Notes: generated from the letters alone by a model not told the origin. A stretch of DNA of 64,000 nt from Marsupella aquatica (GCA_973895155.1 OZ316895.1:8172184-8236183); one strand, 5' to 3'. Positions 34,501 through 47,696 are shown, counted from the stretch's first letter. Program-made: numbers and translations.

Positions 34501-36391
34501 GTTTTGAAAAGTTACTCAACGTCATTGACTTATTAGCAACATAAATAGTATGCAGAGGCATAGCAGGCGAAACACAAACATAAAACTCTGCATCAAGTCC
34601 TTGCAACCCTACATGAGCTGTACTGGTACACGCAATTCAGATGGAATGTCTTGAAGGAGTAAAGGATCCTACCAATCTTTGGGTCAAGTCAGGGTTGTCA
34701 TGACCGTAGATCGCTGATAAGTCCATCAGCTTCGGTATATCGAGCAACTTTTTCTCCAGTAAGATAGCTGCGTGCTCATTTGCAGAGAGACTTTCACTAG
34801 CCGGAGTTCCTGGATCATGATTCGATGACCTGTAGTCAATCAACTAAAGTTAGACGGCAAGAGGTAGCTTTCGTCGCGGAAAATATTCAAGTACTAGCCA
34901 GATTCCACCAACTGCGGAAGCTAGTTCATGCAAACAAAGATGGAAACTCCGATACAATCAAAGATTCTCATGAGTGGCTGAATAGCACTTTACATGCGAA
35001 ATAGCACCATAAATACACGTCGGCTGAGATCTCCGTCTCCAGTAACTACACTAACACTCGGCTGACCGAGAGGGTTGTCAAACCATCGCCTCCTGAAATG
35101 CAGGTAGCTGTCCAAAAACACGCTTAACGACTGATCGGTGGCCACTGGATGCACCCAAAAGAGAGTCGGTCGTTAGATACCCAAAAGAATAGCTCCGTAT
35201 AGAAACTCCATGTAAGGGCAAAGCCAAATACATTGAATGGCAGAGACACAAGACGGTGAGAGTAATGAAGAAATTTCGAAGCAAAAGTTTGTTTGCAACC
35301 AAATTGATGAACATCTGAATGTAAACTGCAGTTAGCAGTGAGCGTACACTCCCACTCGCTGCAGCTAATATGCACACTCCCTAGTGTGAGCAACGGAGCC
35401 CGACCGGAAATTGACACGCATCGCCTTTTGGCTGTATGGAATAGGTGAAGGTACATCTATCGATATTTTGCTACGGTGAATTCGCTCACAACCTTAAGAT
35501 ATTCTTGTAACAAATTTACTGACATAATTCCCGACATTGATAACTTCTAGATCGGTCAAACAAATGACAAAGCTAGCGTTGATCCCCGCGGTAGATCCGA
35601 TGATCACCCCGGGTCTTGTTCTCTGATCAACTTATGACACGGGAGTGTGAGGCGAACACAGTAACAAGATGTTTGGCTGTAGTGGAACGTGACTTACGAA
35701 TTTTGAAATGGATGTGCGAAACAATTCAAGAGAAAAATGGTAGGGAAGGTCAAGAAGCAGCGTCAGTTGATAGACCTTTTTTCCAAAATTGGCGAGGAGG
35801 AAGACGAAGTAAAGCACTGAGTTGTTCATTGAGGAGATCCGTGACTTCCTGCGTCTCGGAAGCATCAACCCCACCCTTCTGCTCTCCCAAACCTGCCACA
35901 ACGGCATCATCCTGGGGCAAGTACGGCACAAAACTGCTTGCCATCTCCGCGGCATTAGAATGATCGTCCCTATCACCTCTATTGTGAATTGCGCTACCAC
36001 GGTTCTCTATCAAGCTCGTATCCTTGGCGATTCTTCTGTGGTCATCATTATTAGGTCTACGGTCGCCGCTGTGCACTTTACCCGAAGTCCTAGAGTAATT
36101 GCGACTGCTGCTGATGTTCAGTCCACTGTCAGGGACAGACGGAGCACCATTATTCGTTGTGATAGTACTCGATTCAACAGCAGCGCCTGATTTCCTCGTG
36201 AATTCCTGTGTCTTGTTGGACCGAGCAGCTGACGAGCTGGACCGGCTCTCAGAGGCGATCCATCTCTGACTGCTGCCCGAGCTCCGATGCCCATCACCGT
36301 ACCGACCCCTCCCCTTGCGAGAATGGGCGGTGCCACGGTAATTTTGGCTCCCATCCTCGGCAGAAACCGTTGCACCGCTCGGCGCATCCAT
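31580..36391 (-). CDS. ASCC2: Activating signal cointegrator 1 complex subunit 2 (CUE domain), 8 exons: 36391-35776, 35144-34994, 34829-34673, 34459-34346, 34220-34149, 34017-33920, 33756-33278, 33093-31580
   Basis: Motifs: FVPYLPQD; FLDSYLHFRRRWFD; DLSRRVFMVLFRM; LLDIPKLMDLSAIYGHDN; CUE domain ISQIKDLFPEYGDGF...YDNDPEKVIERILEG; YEDEYDDSFD; C-terminal NHHRKDQATKKH. All proposed introns are GT-AG and keep frame. Confidence 0.9.
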
Positions 36392-38029
36392 ATTTCAGAA
36401 ACAACTCACAATCTCATCTCTCTCTCGCTCGCTCGCTCGCTCGCTCTCTCTGCGCCTCTGCTGCAAAAGCTCGGAAAGCTAGTCACACCATTCCTGCTTG
36501 TCCCCTGTCCAACAAAACGCATCAAGCATCACGATGACGCCAATGTTCGCCACAAAATTGAAGCTCCCGAATTGACCTGACCTTCCGATTACCAGCTTCC
36601 TTCTCTACAACTCGTCCTCGGCGATCCAGGCGGTTTCCGTGCCAAACTCCAGCGACCCAGTAACCTACGGCACTACCGTAGTAGCAACATTGGAGTGTGA
36701 CGAGAATTGTGAAATCCAGTTCTCACTCCCGCCCCCGATTGCAGCCACTTCGAAAGTATCTCACGGCGAAAGAGCGCCTCAATTCTCTGCGCAAGTCTCT
36801 GTACAAACACCATCCCCACCGAAAGAGGGAGGGACGGAACAAAGAGAGCCATTCTATTCGGCGCTCGGGTACATGGAGTCCGACTGTAGTCGAAAATTGA
36901 GTGACCATGGTTGAGATCTCGCATCCAACGGTCACAGATCATCTTGAGAAGTCGTGGTAAGGCGCTGCGACAACCGCAGTTGAGTCTGCACGACTGCGTT
37001 GAAACGTCTCTGCGGTTTGATTTCGCTGATAACTATTTTTCTCACGGTTTGGATCAAGTCTGCTGCTCTTTGTTCCACTACTGTACCGGTACCCTACGGT
37101 GGCCCAAAAAACGACTCTATTTTTTAAATATTCTGATTGTGAACCAAGGAGCGAACAAATTCAAGAGGCTTGGAGTAAAATCATGAAATTATTAGCTTTC
37201 TTAGTTGAAAAGACAAATAAGAAATAAAAATGTGAAGAGAACACGTGAAGCGAATAGGTGACAGAATAGCTAAATAAATAGTTTTGTGTTTTTCTCATTG
37301 TATTTTTGAGTGCATTAATTTTCCATAGAACTTGGAGTAGATTATGCTAAGCACCAAAACTTTAGTAAATGTTAAACCCAAATATAGTTTTACCATTTTT
37401 CTTGTCTATTAGCAAGAAATGACTCGAAACTTAGGGTGTGTTAAAGTTCTCCTGTAACCAACCAAAGTGTTATTATTTTTATTTTCTGGACATACCATAA
37501 GGGTACATGTTTTGGTAGTCTATAGTAAATTTGTCCTGACACTAAGAACCTTTTATGTCCTGAGCTGCTGTGCTATGCTCTCTAACATAGTAATAGTTTT
37601 TCTTTACAACTTGTCTTAAATGTTTCTCCAAGACAAAAGGATTGTGCAGGTGCAGAATGATTATGCGTTTTGCAACACAACGCACAGGCAAATGGCAGGC
37701 TGCCTGGATTATTTGCCAGGCTGGCCGGATGGATCGGGGCCTGTGGGTCCACCCAGACAATCATCTTGCTCTTCTGCTTCCGCTGCTGCTTCTGCTTCTC
37801 TTCGGCTGTCGTCCTTCGACCTCGGCCTCCTCCTGCTCGGCTGCTCCTGCTCCACCTACCTGCCAGAGGATTCGGAACAGATTGGAGGAACTGAGGAAGG
37901 GAGCGATTTCTTTCTACAGGTATGGAGCACCAATTCTAGTTTGGTGCTGTGTTGGGTCGCGAGAAATGATCAGACGGAGTGTGTGCTGCTCGGTGTTGGA
38001 GAGAGTGGTACACGCTGATTGGACTCATT

Positions 38030-38652
38030 CTTTGTGTCGTCGGCCGAGGAGGAGGAATTGATGGTGTGGGAGTAGAGATAGACTTCCGGGGATGGATTCG
38101 TTGGTGGTGGTGAAGAGATAGACCGCCGGAGACTCTGTGTATTTTCGACATTGATCGGGGATTGTTTTTATTGGTAGAGGAGGGAGGCATAGACTGCAGG
38201 AGACCTTGTTGCTCGACCGAGGAGGGCTGAATTGATGAGGATTATGTTTTTTTGTTAGAGGAGGCTGAGACTGCCGGAGACTCTTTGAGATCGCTTCTTT
38301 GGTGGAGGAGAGATGGACCGCCGGAGACACTGCTTTTGAAGTCTTTCAAGGAGGCGGAAGTGATCAGGATTATCTTTATTGTTAGAGGGGAGAGACTGCC
38401 GGAGACTCCTTGGGATGGCGTTGTCGTCGGAGGAGAGATAGGCTGCCGGACACTCTATTTTTTGGTATCGTCCGGGGAGGCGAAATTGATCAGACAGACA
38501 GACTGCCTGGAGACTCCTTTGGAATGGCTTTGTTGCTGGAGAAGAGATAGACCGCCGGGGACTCTCTTATGGTGTCGTCCAAGGAGGCGAATTTGATCAG
38601 GATTGCTTTCTTTTCAGAGGATTGATAACCTGCCAGAGACTCTTTAGGATGG
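38030..38652. repeat. Degenerate ~120-bp tandem array (about 5 units) upstream of the F-box gene
   Basis: The motif AGAC(T/C)GCCGGAGACTC recurs about 10 times, alternating with GGAGG.G.A.TTGAT.AGGATT. Confidence 0.75.
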
Positions 38653-39095
38653 CACTGTTAATGTGACTGACCCCGTCGAGTGGGCACTCCGCTAACAATT
38701 GGTGCGTCCAAGAAGACATGGATCACCGTCTGCTGGATCATAGACGGCTTCTCTGATTGGACAGCGTCAATCGGAGACGCCGCTGAATGTTGACATGGAT
38801 ATGTCCCTTGCCCGGTAATAATCCGATTCTGGTCTTCTTCTCCGTCTTCCGTCCATTGGCGTAATCTTCCGCGTTCACGTTGAGAATTTACGGTTGTAAA
38901 GGGGTGGACTGTGGTGTAGCATTTGGAGATTCTCGTGTTAAATCTTGCTGTGTTTTCTTTTATTTACAGACTTCAATGTTTGCCTACTGGTCATTGCAGG
39001 GTATATGGAAATGCCATTGCACTGGCCGTTGGTGGATGAACAACGCGCCCGCTTGTCCATAGGGCGTAGTGTTCGCTGCTGAGGACCTGTCGTCG

Positions 39096-40601
39096 ATGTC
39101 ACCTTCAATGGATCGCCGAGTTCTCTCGAGCTGTGTGTTTCCGAGCAATAACAAGGTTTACAATTTGGACTCGTCGATATGGAGTCTCCTCCCGGACGAG
39201 GTCCTCATTTCCGTATTGGCATGGCTGCCGCTACACTGCTTAGCGCAATTGCGGTCGGTGTGCAAGAAGTGGAATGCGCTTTGGTCCAATCCCGATTTCT
39301 TGAAGTTGCGCTCCCGTGTGCTATCCGAGGAGGAGACGTGGTATTGCTTCAATTCCTATGACAATGAACAGTGGCGTCACGACGGCGAGACGCCTGAGCA
39401 ACAAACTAAACACTCTCTCTGTTATCTCCCTAAAACGAATAAGAAGCTTAGCTTGGAGATGTCCTTGAAGAACATGTGGCCTCTAGCGGTTGAGCGAGTT
39501 GTTGCAACAGCGGGAGGCTTGATGCTATGCGTTGCGGATCTTCGGTACAAGCTTGCCGACAATCTTCTCACAGACCTCATCGTGTGCAATCCCCTGAAGA
39601 AGAATTGCTGGAAGAAGTTGCCGGAAAGGCGGAGTTTATGCCACGTGCTCGGCGCAAGAGGATTTTTCAAGGATCAGGCGGTAGGTATGCTAGTCGATAC
39701 CAGAACCAACGCTTACAAAGTGATTATTTCGTCCATTTACAAGCCCTTCAACTACATCTACCACGTCGTCGGGAGAAGACCTGTTAGAGGCTCCACAGAG
39801 GTGTACGACTCGCGCACGAACCGATGGAAGGTTTTGCAAGGTTGCCTCTACTGCGATGAGGTAGCTGACAAGTGGTTTGATAAATGTGAGACCTCTCACT
39901 ACAGAGGATACTTAATCGCTTATAGTCGCGAAGGTCTGTATCTGTTTTGGGATGAGAAGGAGGATTGGGTTTCGTTTCCTCTCCCAGCGAGTGGGACAGC
40001 GGTCCGAATCGTCCGCCTAGAAGAATGTGAAGGACGCCTTCTTCTGGTGGGTACTTCGGAAGTCCCTCACAATTGCGTGGAGCCGAGTTTTGTCCATGTT
40101 TGGGAGTTTGAGTGCCCTAATGGGGTTTTTGTTAGAGAGGGCTCGTGGAAAGAGCTAAGTCGAGTTGGGTACGCGGATCTGATCGCACGCTGGCCTATAC
40201 GAGTTGGGAGTGAAGAGGGGGCGAAGTTCCTTGCAGGCGTCCGGCCCAATTCGACCGATCTGATCTCCTGCATCTTTAACAACTCTTACACGGATAAATC
40301 TGAAATAAATCTCTACGATTTCGATCTGCCATTTTACACCACTACGCATCCCTACAACCTTCGGTCTGCCGGGGAGCCGCCGGTGCTTCCTAAAGGGGAC
40401 TATGCAAGCCTTCTTCTATATTGCCCGTCTCAAAACAATTGGTGCTTAGCAGCGCAAGATTACACAAGAGGTGGGAGCGGGAAGTCTGGCTCTTACTACT
40501 GTGAACGCGTGCGCAGCGCAGAAGAGGTGCTCAGATGCGAAAGATATTCGTATCAGGGCCCCGGCTATCGATTCCAGCCAAGGATAGCAGCAACGGTCTA
40601 A
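39096..40601 (+). CDS. F-box protein with putative C-terminal beta-propeller/kelch-like domain; single coding exon
   Basis: F-box motif IWSLLPDEVLISVLAWLP...LRSVCKKWN; downstream motifs ATAGGLML, IVCNPL, YKVI, TEVYDS...W and LEECEGRLLLV. First in-frame ATG at 39096. Confidence 0.88.
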   Translation: MSPSMDRRVLSSCVFPSNNKVYNLDSSIWSLLPDEVLISVLAWLPLHCLAQLRSVCKKWNALWSNPDFLKLRSRVLSEEETWYCFNSYDNEQWRHDGETPEQQTKHSLCYLPKTNKKLSLEMSLKNMWPLAVERVVATAGGLMLCVADLRYKLADNLLTDLIVCNPLKKNCWKKLPERRSLCHVLGARGFFKDQAVGMLVDTRTNAYKVIISSIYKPFNYIYHVVGRRPVRGSTEVYDSRTNRWKVLQGCLYCDEVADKWFDKCETSHYRGYLIAYSREGLYLFWDEKEDWVSFPLPASGTAVRIVRLEECEGRLLLVGTSEVPHNCVEPSFVHVWEFECPNGVFVREGSWKELSRVGYADLIARWPIRVGSEEGAKFLAGVRPNSTDLISCIFNNSYTDKSEINLYDFDLPFYTTTHPYNLRSAGEPPVLPKGDYASLLLYCPSQNNWCLAAQDYTRGGSGKSGSYYCERVRSAEEVLRCERYSYQGPGYRFQPRIAATV

Positions 40602-42949
40602 TACTTTTTGAGTAGGATTTCTTCCGCATTTCACTCCACGCCTTCTCGTGATCCTATCGGAGGTGTAATCTTTAATGCACAGATTGTGCCGTGCTGGGTG
40701 AGAATAAAATCTGAGAGAAGGGGACTTTGAAAGGCGCGCACTGGGAGTAGGCTACACTATTCCTGCGAAATTGTTTGGACAGATATATGCTGGGATTACG
40801 GCATAAGTTTTGGGAGAGAACTTCTCGGAGGACCTACGCTGGGAGTAATTCTCAGTCCTTGCGGCCGATCTATCTCGACCAGCCCTGATTACGCCTTCTC
40901 TAGCGCTGCGGATACTTGTCCGTGTCGCATTGGTGTATTTCTTTGTTCACTTTCATTCGCGAGAAGATCTTCTATTCATGGGCACTACCACAGAACTTTT
41001 TCCGGACGATCAGGTTACAAGGCCCGAGATAACGCGTGGCGGAGCTTATTGCCCATACTTTCTTAACGATATGCATACTTCTTCTTCATTGGGAGAGCAG
41101 TATTGCATGTAGTCCCACCTGCTATCTCTGGTTCTGGGAGTTTATTGCAAATGTTGAAAGGCTGATCTCGAATCTTAGGTCTGGCATTTATGTCAGGGCG
41201 AATTCTTGTACATATTGCATCAGCACTTCATGGAAGAGGTATTTTCAATGTCCTTACTACCTTGTCGCCGTCAAAGTAGTTGACTCCTAAGTGACCTTGT
41301 TGTCAGCACAGGAAGCTCTACTGTCTGTTGAAATTGGAAGGCGTTGGTGGTTTAGGTAGAACCAGAAGCTTCTTATTTCTATCTTCAGTGTGTACTCTGC
41401 ACATCATGCCTCTGAAGTCATGGTTGCTATTACTTTCCCGGTGCGGTATATAGGTTATGTCCCGCCGAATGCTCAGGAAGCTGAACAGCTATTGGAGTCT
41501 GGACTTTAGTTGAGCTGAGGTTATTTGGAACACGCCTTTGAGATGATGGCAGTGACAAACAGTTTTTCAAGGTCGTAAAGCAGCACCTGGCAAGCTTTGA
41601 TATGACTTCCGGAAATGAGATTGAATTGCTTCTCGAAAGCTTCGAAGGCCATGCCTTAACGTACGAAACTTACCTGCTCTTCTGAGACTTTATGGAGAAA
41701 CCATATAAGAGGTACTAAAAACTTGGATTCTTTTGGGCACTAGCTGAATTTATATCAAAGTAAAGGTCAGGTTAAGAATGAACGAATGTGATTTATGAAA
41801 GATGTGTTGAATTGACTTCTAGAATTGATCTGATCTCCGATCTTGGCAAATAATTCCAATTTTTCTCCCAATGAAGGAAGTTCGTTCCAGCTTCCTTGTT
41901 CCCTCTGACAGCGAATATGCTGAATTTCGTCCAAACCCTAAGTGTGGAAGGCCTTGCAGACCTTGAGCTGTGCTTCACAAAATATAGATCTGGCGGTTCA
42001 TGTCAGGTTTGCTCATATGGTAAATTCTCTGCTATCATATGGTATCGCACCATGTCATGGAAATCTTGCAGAATTTGTCGGAACTTGCTGGAGCTGGTGG
42101 TTCGGTCGTGCAGTCGTCTGGCTGTAGTCAGTGAATAAGGGAAACATTCACACTTCACAACGGATACAGAATATGAAGTTCAGATAGCCTATCCAGGGGC
42201 CCCCATCCGTGTGGCTTTGTGATACCCCAATGAACCCAAGTGCGGCTTAGAGTCACAGAGTCAGGTGTACTGGGAAGAAAGATCAGTGGATGCTTAGCTG
42301 GAATGTCGATCTGAAGCTGTACAGGCGCATCGATCAAGGATTTGCGCTATCTTAAAAGTCCACTGCATGTGAATTGTTGTGACACAGGATTCCTGAGTTA
42401 GAGCTATCTCTTAGTATCCTTGAGATCATGTATCGAAGACTATGTTATGAAGGAAAAATTTTAAGGCGGTTGCTGGACATGACTCAATGTTATGGAAGGT
42501 CGACGAGAGGCGGAAATTCTGTCAACTGTTTTCTCAGTTAATATTGTTAGAGAGTGTATTTCCTAGATACGGGAGTCAGTGATAAGACTATTTGGACACG
42601 GGGCTCATTGGCCTTGACAGCGAAGGAAGGAGGTCTTTGCAGCGAGCCCAATATATCTCCTGCACTGCAATTGGTGGACTGCGGATTGGGGTGCTTGTGG
42701 GTTTATAAGGTACTTTGGGGTGCCTGGTCAGCATGAAGCATTTACTTTGATCTGGCCCATCTCAATCCATAACTAAAAGGATGGTTCAACATTGCGATGA
42801 CAACGGCCCTAATTTCCACCCGTGAAACAGACAAACTCGAGGGAATGTGTTTCTGCTGCAAGTGCATCTGAAAATAGATGGCTCTCAGTGACACACCATA
42901 TCTCTTTCCGTCGCGATGTCCATCTCTAAAAGCTCGGTTCACCATGTTT

Positions 42950-43460
42950 CTACACAAAGGACCTAGCTATGGTAAAATTGGTGCTACAGTATCCTGGGCA
43001 CAGGGGAGTGATTGAGTTGCAAGGTTGATGCTGCCTATCTCTAGAACCTGGATTCATAAGGTTGATGCTTCCTATCTCTAGAACCTGGATTCATAAGGTT
43101 TCTAGCCAGGTCCTGGGGAGAGGGGAGTGACTCAGTTGCATGGTTGGCGCTGTCTATCTCTTAAACCTGGATTCAGCAGGTTTCTAACCAGAGGACCATC
43201 AACATGGAGGTACTTCAGTTTCCTAGGCAAACGGGAATGGATGAGCTGGATTCGATTTCTCACAAGAGGACCTTCAACATGGTATAGTTGGTGCTTCAGT
43301 GTTCTGGGCAGATGGCAGTGAATGAGCTAGGTGGTTGGTTCTGTATTTACCAGGTTTCTAAAGATACAACCATAAAGGATGTTATAATCCGAACTTCGGT
43401 AACCTGGGCACAAGGGGGTGAATGGACAGAGGGGAGTGACTGAGGTGCCTGGTGTGGAGG
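42950..43460. repeat. Degenerate local repeats, including a 37-bp tandem pair
   Basis: AAGGTTGATGCT.CCTATCTCTAGAACCTGGATTCAT x2 (43021-43094), plus recurrent GGGGAGTGA and GGACC.TCAACATGG. Confidence 0.7.
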
Positions 43461-46166
43461 GGAGTGAATGAGTGCTCGGGCTTTGGCATTTCTGACGTTT
43501 ACACAAGACACAATACACAACACAAATTACCCTGACAGAACTCAAGTTTTGAGATATTTTCACAGAAAGGGCACACATCGTGTGAAATATTAAAAACTCA
43601 GCTACAGTGCTAGCCCAGAAATTCGTGTCTCCATGTACGTGATATTCTACAGGAGTTCTCTTTGCTTAACAAATCAGCCTTCGAGCAAATTCATTCTAGT
43701 CGCAACAATAGACAATTTTCAGAAAGCCCTATTCCAAAAAACGTTGTTCACGGCAGACATTGGCTAATGATTATTTGAAAAACGACTGTTACATCTATTC
43801 CATGATTTTACTATAAACGCCCCAAAACAAGCCCAACCATTGATGCAGCATCATAGGTTTTCAGATTCTGACATGTCATCGAATTGGTGTCATTGCAGTT
43901 TTTGCGATGGATATCACGAAGTACTGGGGTGGATTTAACATTTCCCTATTCATATAATGAGGCGACCATGTAACAATGTGCGGAGGGGTCCCAGATCTTT
44001 CTTTGTATTTTGGCTCTTTTACTTGGCTAAACCATCTCAGAGGGGGCACTTGGAGTTCTGGTAGTATGGAACAGTGTGAGGAGCTTGAAATCTAATTTAG
44101 TAAATTTTGAGCTAGATTTAATAGTCTGTATACTGTAAGCCGTTCACTTAAAATCTGATCTAATAATTGTTGGGCTACTTTAAAGACTCCATATATTGTG
44201 TGAGGAGTTGCAACTTTTATTTGAAAACTAATTTAGTAGATTTGGGGCTATCTTTAATAGATTGTAAATCCTCCACCGTAAAATCTAATATAATTTTTTG
44301 GGCTATTTTGAAGATTCCATATATTGTAAATACACCTTTAAGCTTGGACGAGATCTCAACATGCCTTTTGTGTGAAAGTAAAGTTTTGCTACTCTAAATC
44401 TATATCATCCCAGTTAAAATTCACTTTTCCATCAATTCCATCCAAGGTTAGAGCTCTATTCAAACAATGGGTAGGTCAGTTTGGGGTGGTTTTATTAAAT
44501 TGGGGTGAATATAGGGAAGCTATGGGTGTACTTACCTTGTAAGTCTTCCTTTTATTCTCATTCACGGTTGTGGGCCATAACCTCCTTGCCAACCTGACCC
44601 CGGGATTCAGCTAGTTAAATGTCTGTGTTATCGGCATGGATCAAGGTTGCGGATTACACCCCATAGATTGAGGGGCTCTAGTTGAAGTTTAACTAAGTAG
44701 TTAAGTAAAACTGCAAAGAACAGACAGTGTCCTATAGGGTGACATGATCTCAACGGCAAGAAAACCCAATGAAGGGGGGAAAACAAAAGGAAAGAAGAAC
44801 AAAAACACAAGAGCCCTCCTTAGCCACAAACTGAAAAGCTTGTAGAGGTCAGGGTAAATTGCAGAGGAGGGTCCCCGAGAGGGATTTGACTAGATTCCCA
44901 GGAACCAACCAACTCGGCCTGCCAGAGTATAGTGAATGCCAGAGTATAGTGAATGCCTGAGTCCACTGGAGAGAAACCAAAACCCATTTCCAAAAGTATC
45001 TGGTGAGAACAGGGAGATAAGGCCTTCCTCAACACAACACACTTGCCCTAAGGAAATGGTCAAAACTATGTCGTAGGGACCCCAAGACCTCCATAGCAAG
45101 CAGTTTGAAAAGATCTCAGGGGTAATGAGTTGCATAAACCCTTGTCCTTCAGCCTAGCAGCCTCAGCTGTAGCATGGCTACAGTAGGAACATGGGTAACA
45201 ATTGAAACATTATTCCCGCCAGTAGGATCAGCAATGACCCCAAGCACATTGCCAGGGGCCGCAATGACCAAGTCACCAACAGCCCACACTCCACCCTGGG
45301 CATACCAAAATATACTTAGTTGCACTCCACCCTGGGAATACCAAAACATATTATATATATCACAGTGCCAAGGGCAAAAACTCCAAACCGGGAGACAAGA
45401 TACCAAAGACAAAGGAACGCAATGAAGGGGAGGAAAATGAAGGGGAGGAAAAGAGGGGAAATGGCCCCAAAAAAATACCTAGTTTGGATTTGGATTCCAT
45501 TGATCCGGTATTGATGCCTCTGATTCGACCTTGTCTCGTTTGAACTCCACTTGTGTGATTTCTCCTCTAACGCATAGCCTCATTCTGAACGTGATCAACC
45601 TCCCTCGCTATTCTGCCGAGGTATGGCAATCCTCTAATTAACCTGTGCACCAATATTATTATATCTCCAAACTAGTTCAGCTCGGTATGCCTCGAATTTC
45701 TGTGTCATTATTGGGACTTGTGTGTCGATAATTGAATTTCTCCTTTCACGCACGTTTCCCCCACTATAGCAACTTCGTTCTTGCTCTCTTCTGTTTCCTC
45801 ACATCGAACGATTCACTGTCCAATTCGTCGTCCTCAAATTTGAGATTCTTCTCTCTTTCTTTTCTTGTAAGCAATCGCAATTGGAGTTCGCAAGTTTGCC
45901 CCGATTTGCGTCTCGTGTGACCCCCCTTCTTCCCTTTCCTCCACGAATCGTTGATCTCGTCCCCTTCCCATGATTCTCCTTTGGATGCAGAGCTCGTTCT
46001 CGATTGTGTGTCTTTGTTCCTCCTAGCTCGGCACCGTCTTGCTTCCCTCGTTGCCCATGCACGTTAGTCTTGTGGTGTTGTGTTCTCGCTTTTCTTCTTC
46101 GTCTTCTTCAGCTGCCGCTGCCGCTGCTGCTGCCGGAGATTTCAGAGGAGGAGGAGGATAGTAGGG

Positions 46167-47696
46167 ATGGCGAACGAAGTAGATAACGCGTCCGAGAGCG
46201 GGCAGACAGAATTCAAGCAGCCGGCATGGTTCACGCCAGAGCGGCTCCTCATCATCCTCTGCACCGTCAATCTGATCAACTACGTCGATCGGGGGGCCAT
46301 CGCCAGCAACGGGGTCAATGGGTTTCAGGGCAATTCGACCTGCCTCGCGGATGAGGCGTGCTTTGAGGGAGCCGGAATTATGGGGGATTTCTCGCTCTCG
46401 TATTTCCAGGATGGGATTCTCTCGTCCGCCTTCATGGTGGGTCTGCTGATAGCGTCTCCGATTTTCGCCGACCTATCCAAAAGGTTCAACCCCATGAGGC
46501 TGATAGGGGTGGGTCTCACGGTGTGGACATTTGCCACAGCTGGGTGTGGCTTCTCGGTCGATTTCTGGTCCATAGCGTGCTTCAGAATGCTGGTTGGGGT
46601 GGCAGAGGCATCTTTCATCAGCCTGGCAGCACCATTCATCGATGATTATGCGCCGCCTGGGAAGAAAACTGCGTGGCTGTCTTTGTTCTATGCATGTATC
46701 CCTGTTGGAGTCGCTCTGGGGTACGTTTATGGAGGGCTGGTGGGAGGAATGTGGGGCTGGCGGATGGCTTTCTGGGTGGAATCCCTCGCCATGCTTCCGT
46801 TTGCCGTGTTTGGGTTTTTGTCCAGCCCGGTGCAACTCAAACAGCACCATCACCATTCTTCCAAAATTTCTGCTGAGCACCCTGATCACTCCACAGCGTT
46901 GTTGAAGAATGATGGAGATACGTCCACTGGGGAATTTGGGTCCAGGAGAAAGGGTGGATTATCGTCTCGCCCTGCTGAGTATCTGAAAATTCTGTACAGC
47001 CAAGGAGCGGAATTTCTGGCCGACATTAAGAAACTTTCGGCCGAGAAGGTTTATGTGATTGATGTGTTGGGGTACGTTGCTTACAATTTTGTACTTGGTG
47101 CGTATGCATACTGGGGTCCCAAGGTTGGACAAGCGCTCTATGGGATTGACAACGCTGATATTGTCTTTGGGGCTGTAACCATCTTCTCAGGGATTCTGGG
47201 AACTTTGTTTGGTGGCTTTGCACTGGATCGCATCGGCTCCACCATCCCTAAAGCCTTCAAGTTTCTGTCTATTGTAACGTGCATTGGGGGAGTGATGTGC
47301 TTGTTGGCTTTCCTTGCCACGGACCTGCTATGGTTCATCCCTCTTTTTGCCATAGGAGAGTTCTCCATCTTTGCCACCCAGGGCCCTGTGAACTTTGTCA
47401 CCTTGCACAGTGTGCCACCCAACATGAGGCCCATTGCCATTGCAGTTTCCACCATCTGCATCCACATCTTTGGGGATGTGCCTTCGTCGCCAATTGTTGG
47501 AATTGTACAGGATTCAATTCAGAACTGGCGGATCACGTCGCTTTTGCTTACGACCTTCCTCTTCCTGGCTGCTGCAATATGGGCTTGTGGAACCCTACTG
47601 CCACTTCCGGAGGGTGAAGGAGATGCAGCGGATGAGGAAAAACTTGATTTATCCGAGGAGGAAGCGAGAGCCGTGTTATTGGGTGCTGGACCTTGA
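46167..47696 (+). CDS. Spinster-like MFS transporter (probable sphingolipid transporter), intronless, 509 aa
   Basis: Motifs PAWFTPERLL, INYVDRGAIASNGVNG, DGILSSAFMVGLL, EASFISLAAPFIDD, YAYWGPK and IHIFGDVPSSP are typical of plant Spinster homologs. Multiple hydrophobic TM segments; continuous ORF from ATG 46167. Confidence 0.93.
   Translation: MANEVDNASESGQTEFKQPAWFTPERLLIILCTVNLINYVDRGAIASNGVNGFQGNSTCLADEACFEGAGIMGDFSLSYFQDGILSSAFMVGLLIASPIFADLSKRFNPMRLIGVGLTVWTFATAGCGFSVDFWSIACFRMLVGVAEASFISLAAPFIDDYAPPGKKTAWLSLFYACIPVGVALGYVYGGLVGGMWGWRMAFWVESLAMLPFAVFGFLSSPVQLKQHHHHSSKISAEHPDHSTALLKNDGDTSTGEFGSRRKGGLSSRPAEYLKILYSQGAEFLADIKKLSAEKVYVIDVLGYVAYNFVLGAYAYWGPKVGQALYGIDNADIVFGAVTIFSGILGTLFGGFALDRIGSTIPKAFKFLSIVTCIGGVMCLLAFLATDLLWFIPLFAIGEFSIFATQGPVNFVTLHSVPPNMRPIAIAVSTICIHIFGDVPSSPIVGIVQDSIQNWRITSLLLTTFLFLAAAIWACGTLLPLPEGEGDAADEEKLDLSEEEARAVLLGAGP

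Noticed and set aside
36923-36932. MSA-like element TCCAACGGTC in the ASCC2/F-box intergenic region
   Set aside because: A single short motif; functional MSA promoters usually carry several, so chance is likely.
38030-38652. CRISPR-like repeat/spacer appearance
   Set aside because: The spacers are themselves homologous, the repeats are degenerate, the context is eukaryotic, and there are no cas genes.
40930-42140. Protein-like fragments downstream of the F-box gene (e.g. DKQFFKVVKQHLASFD...)
   Set aside because: Short and stop-interrupted, with no recognisable family. A pseudogene cannot be supported without a TBLASTX search.
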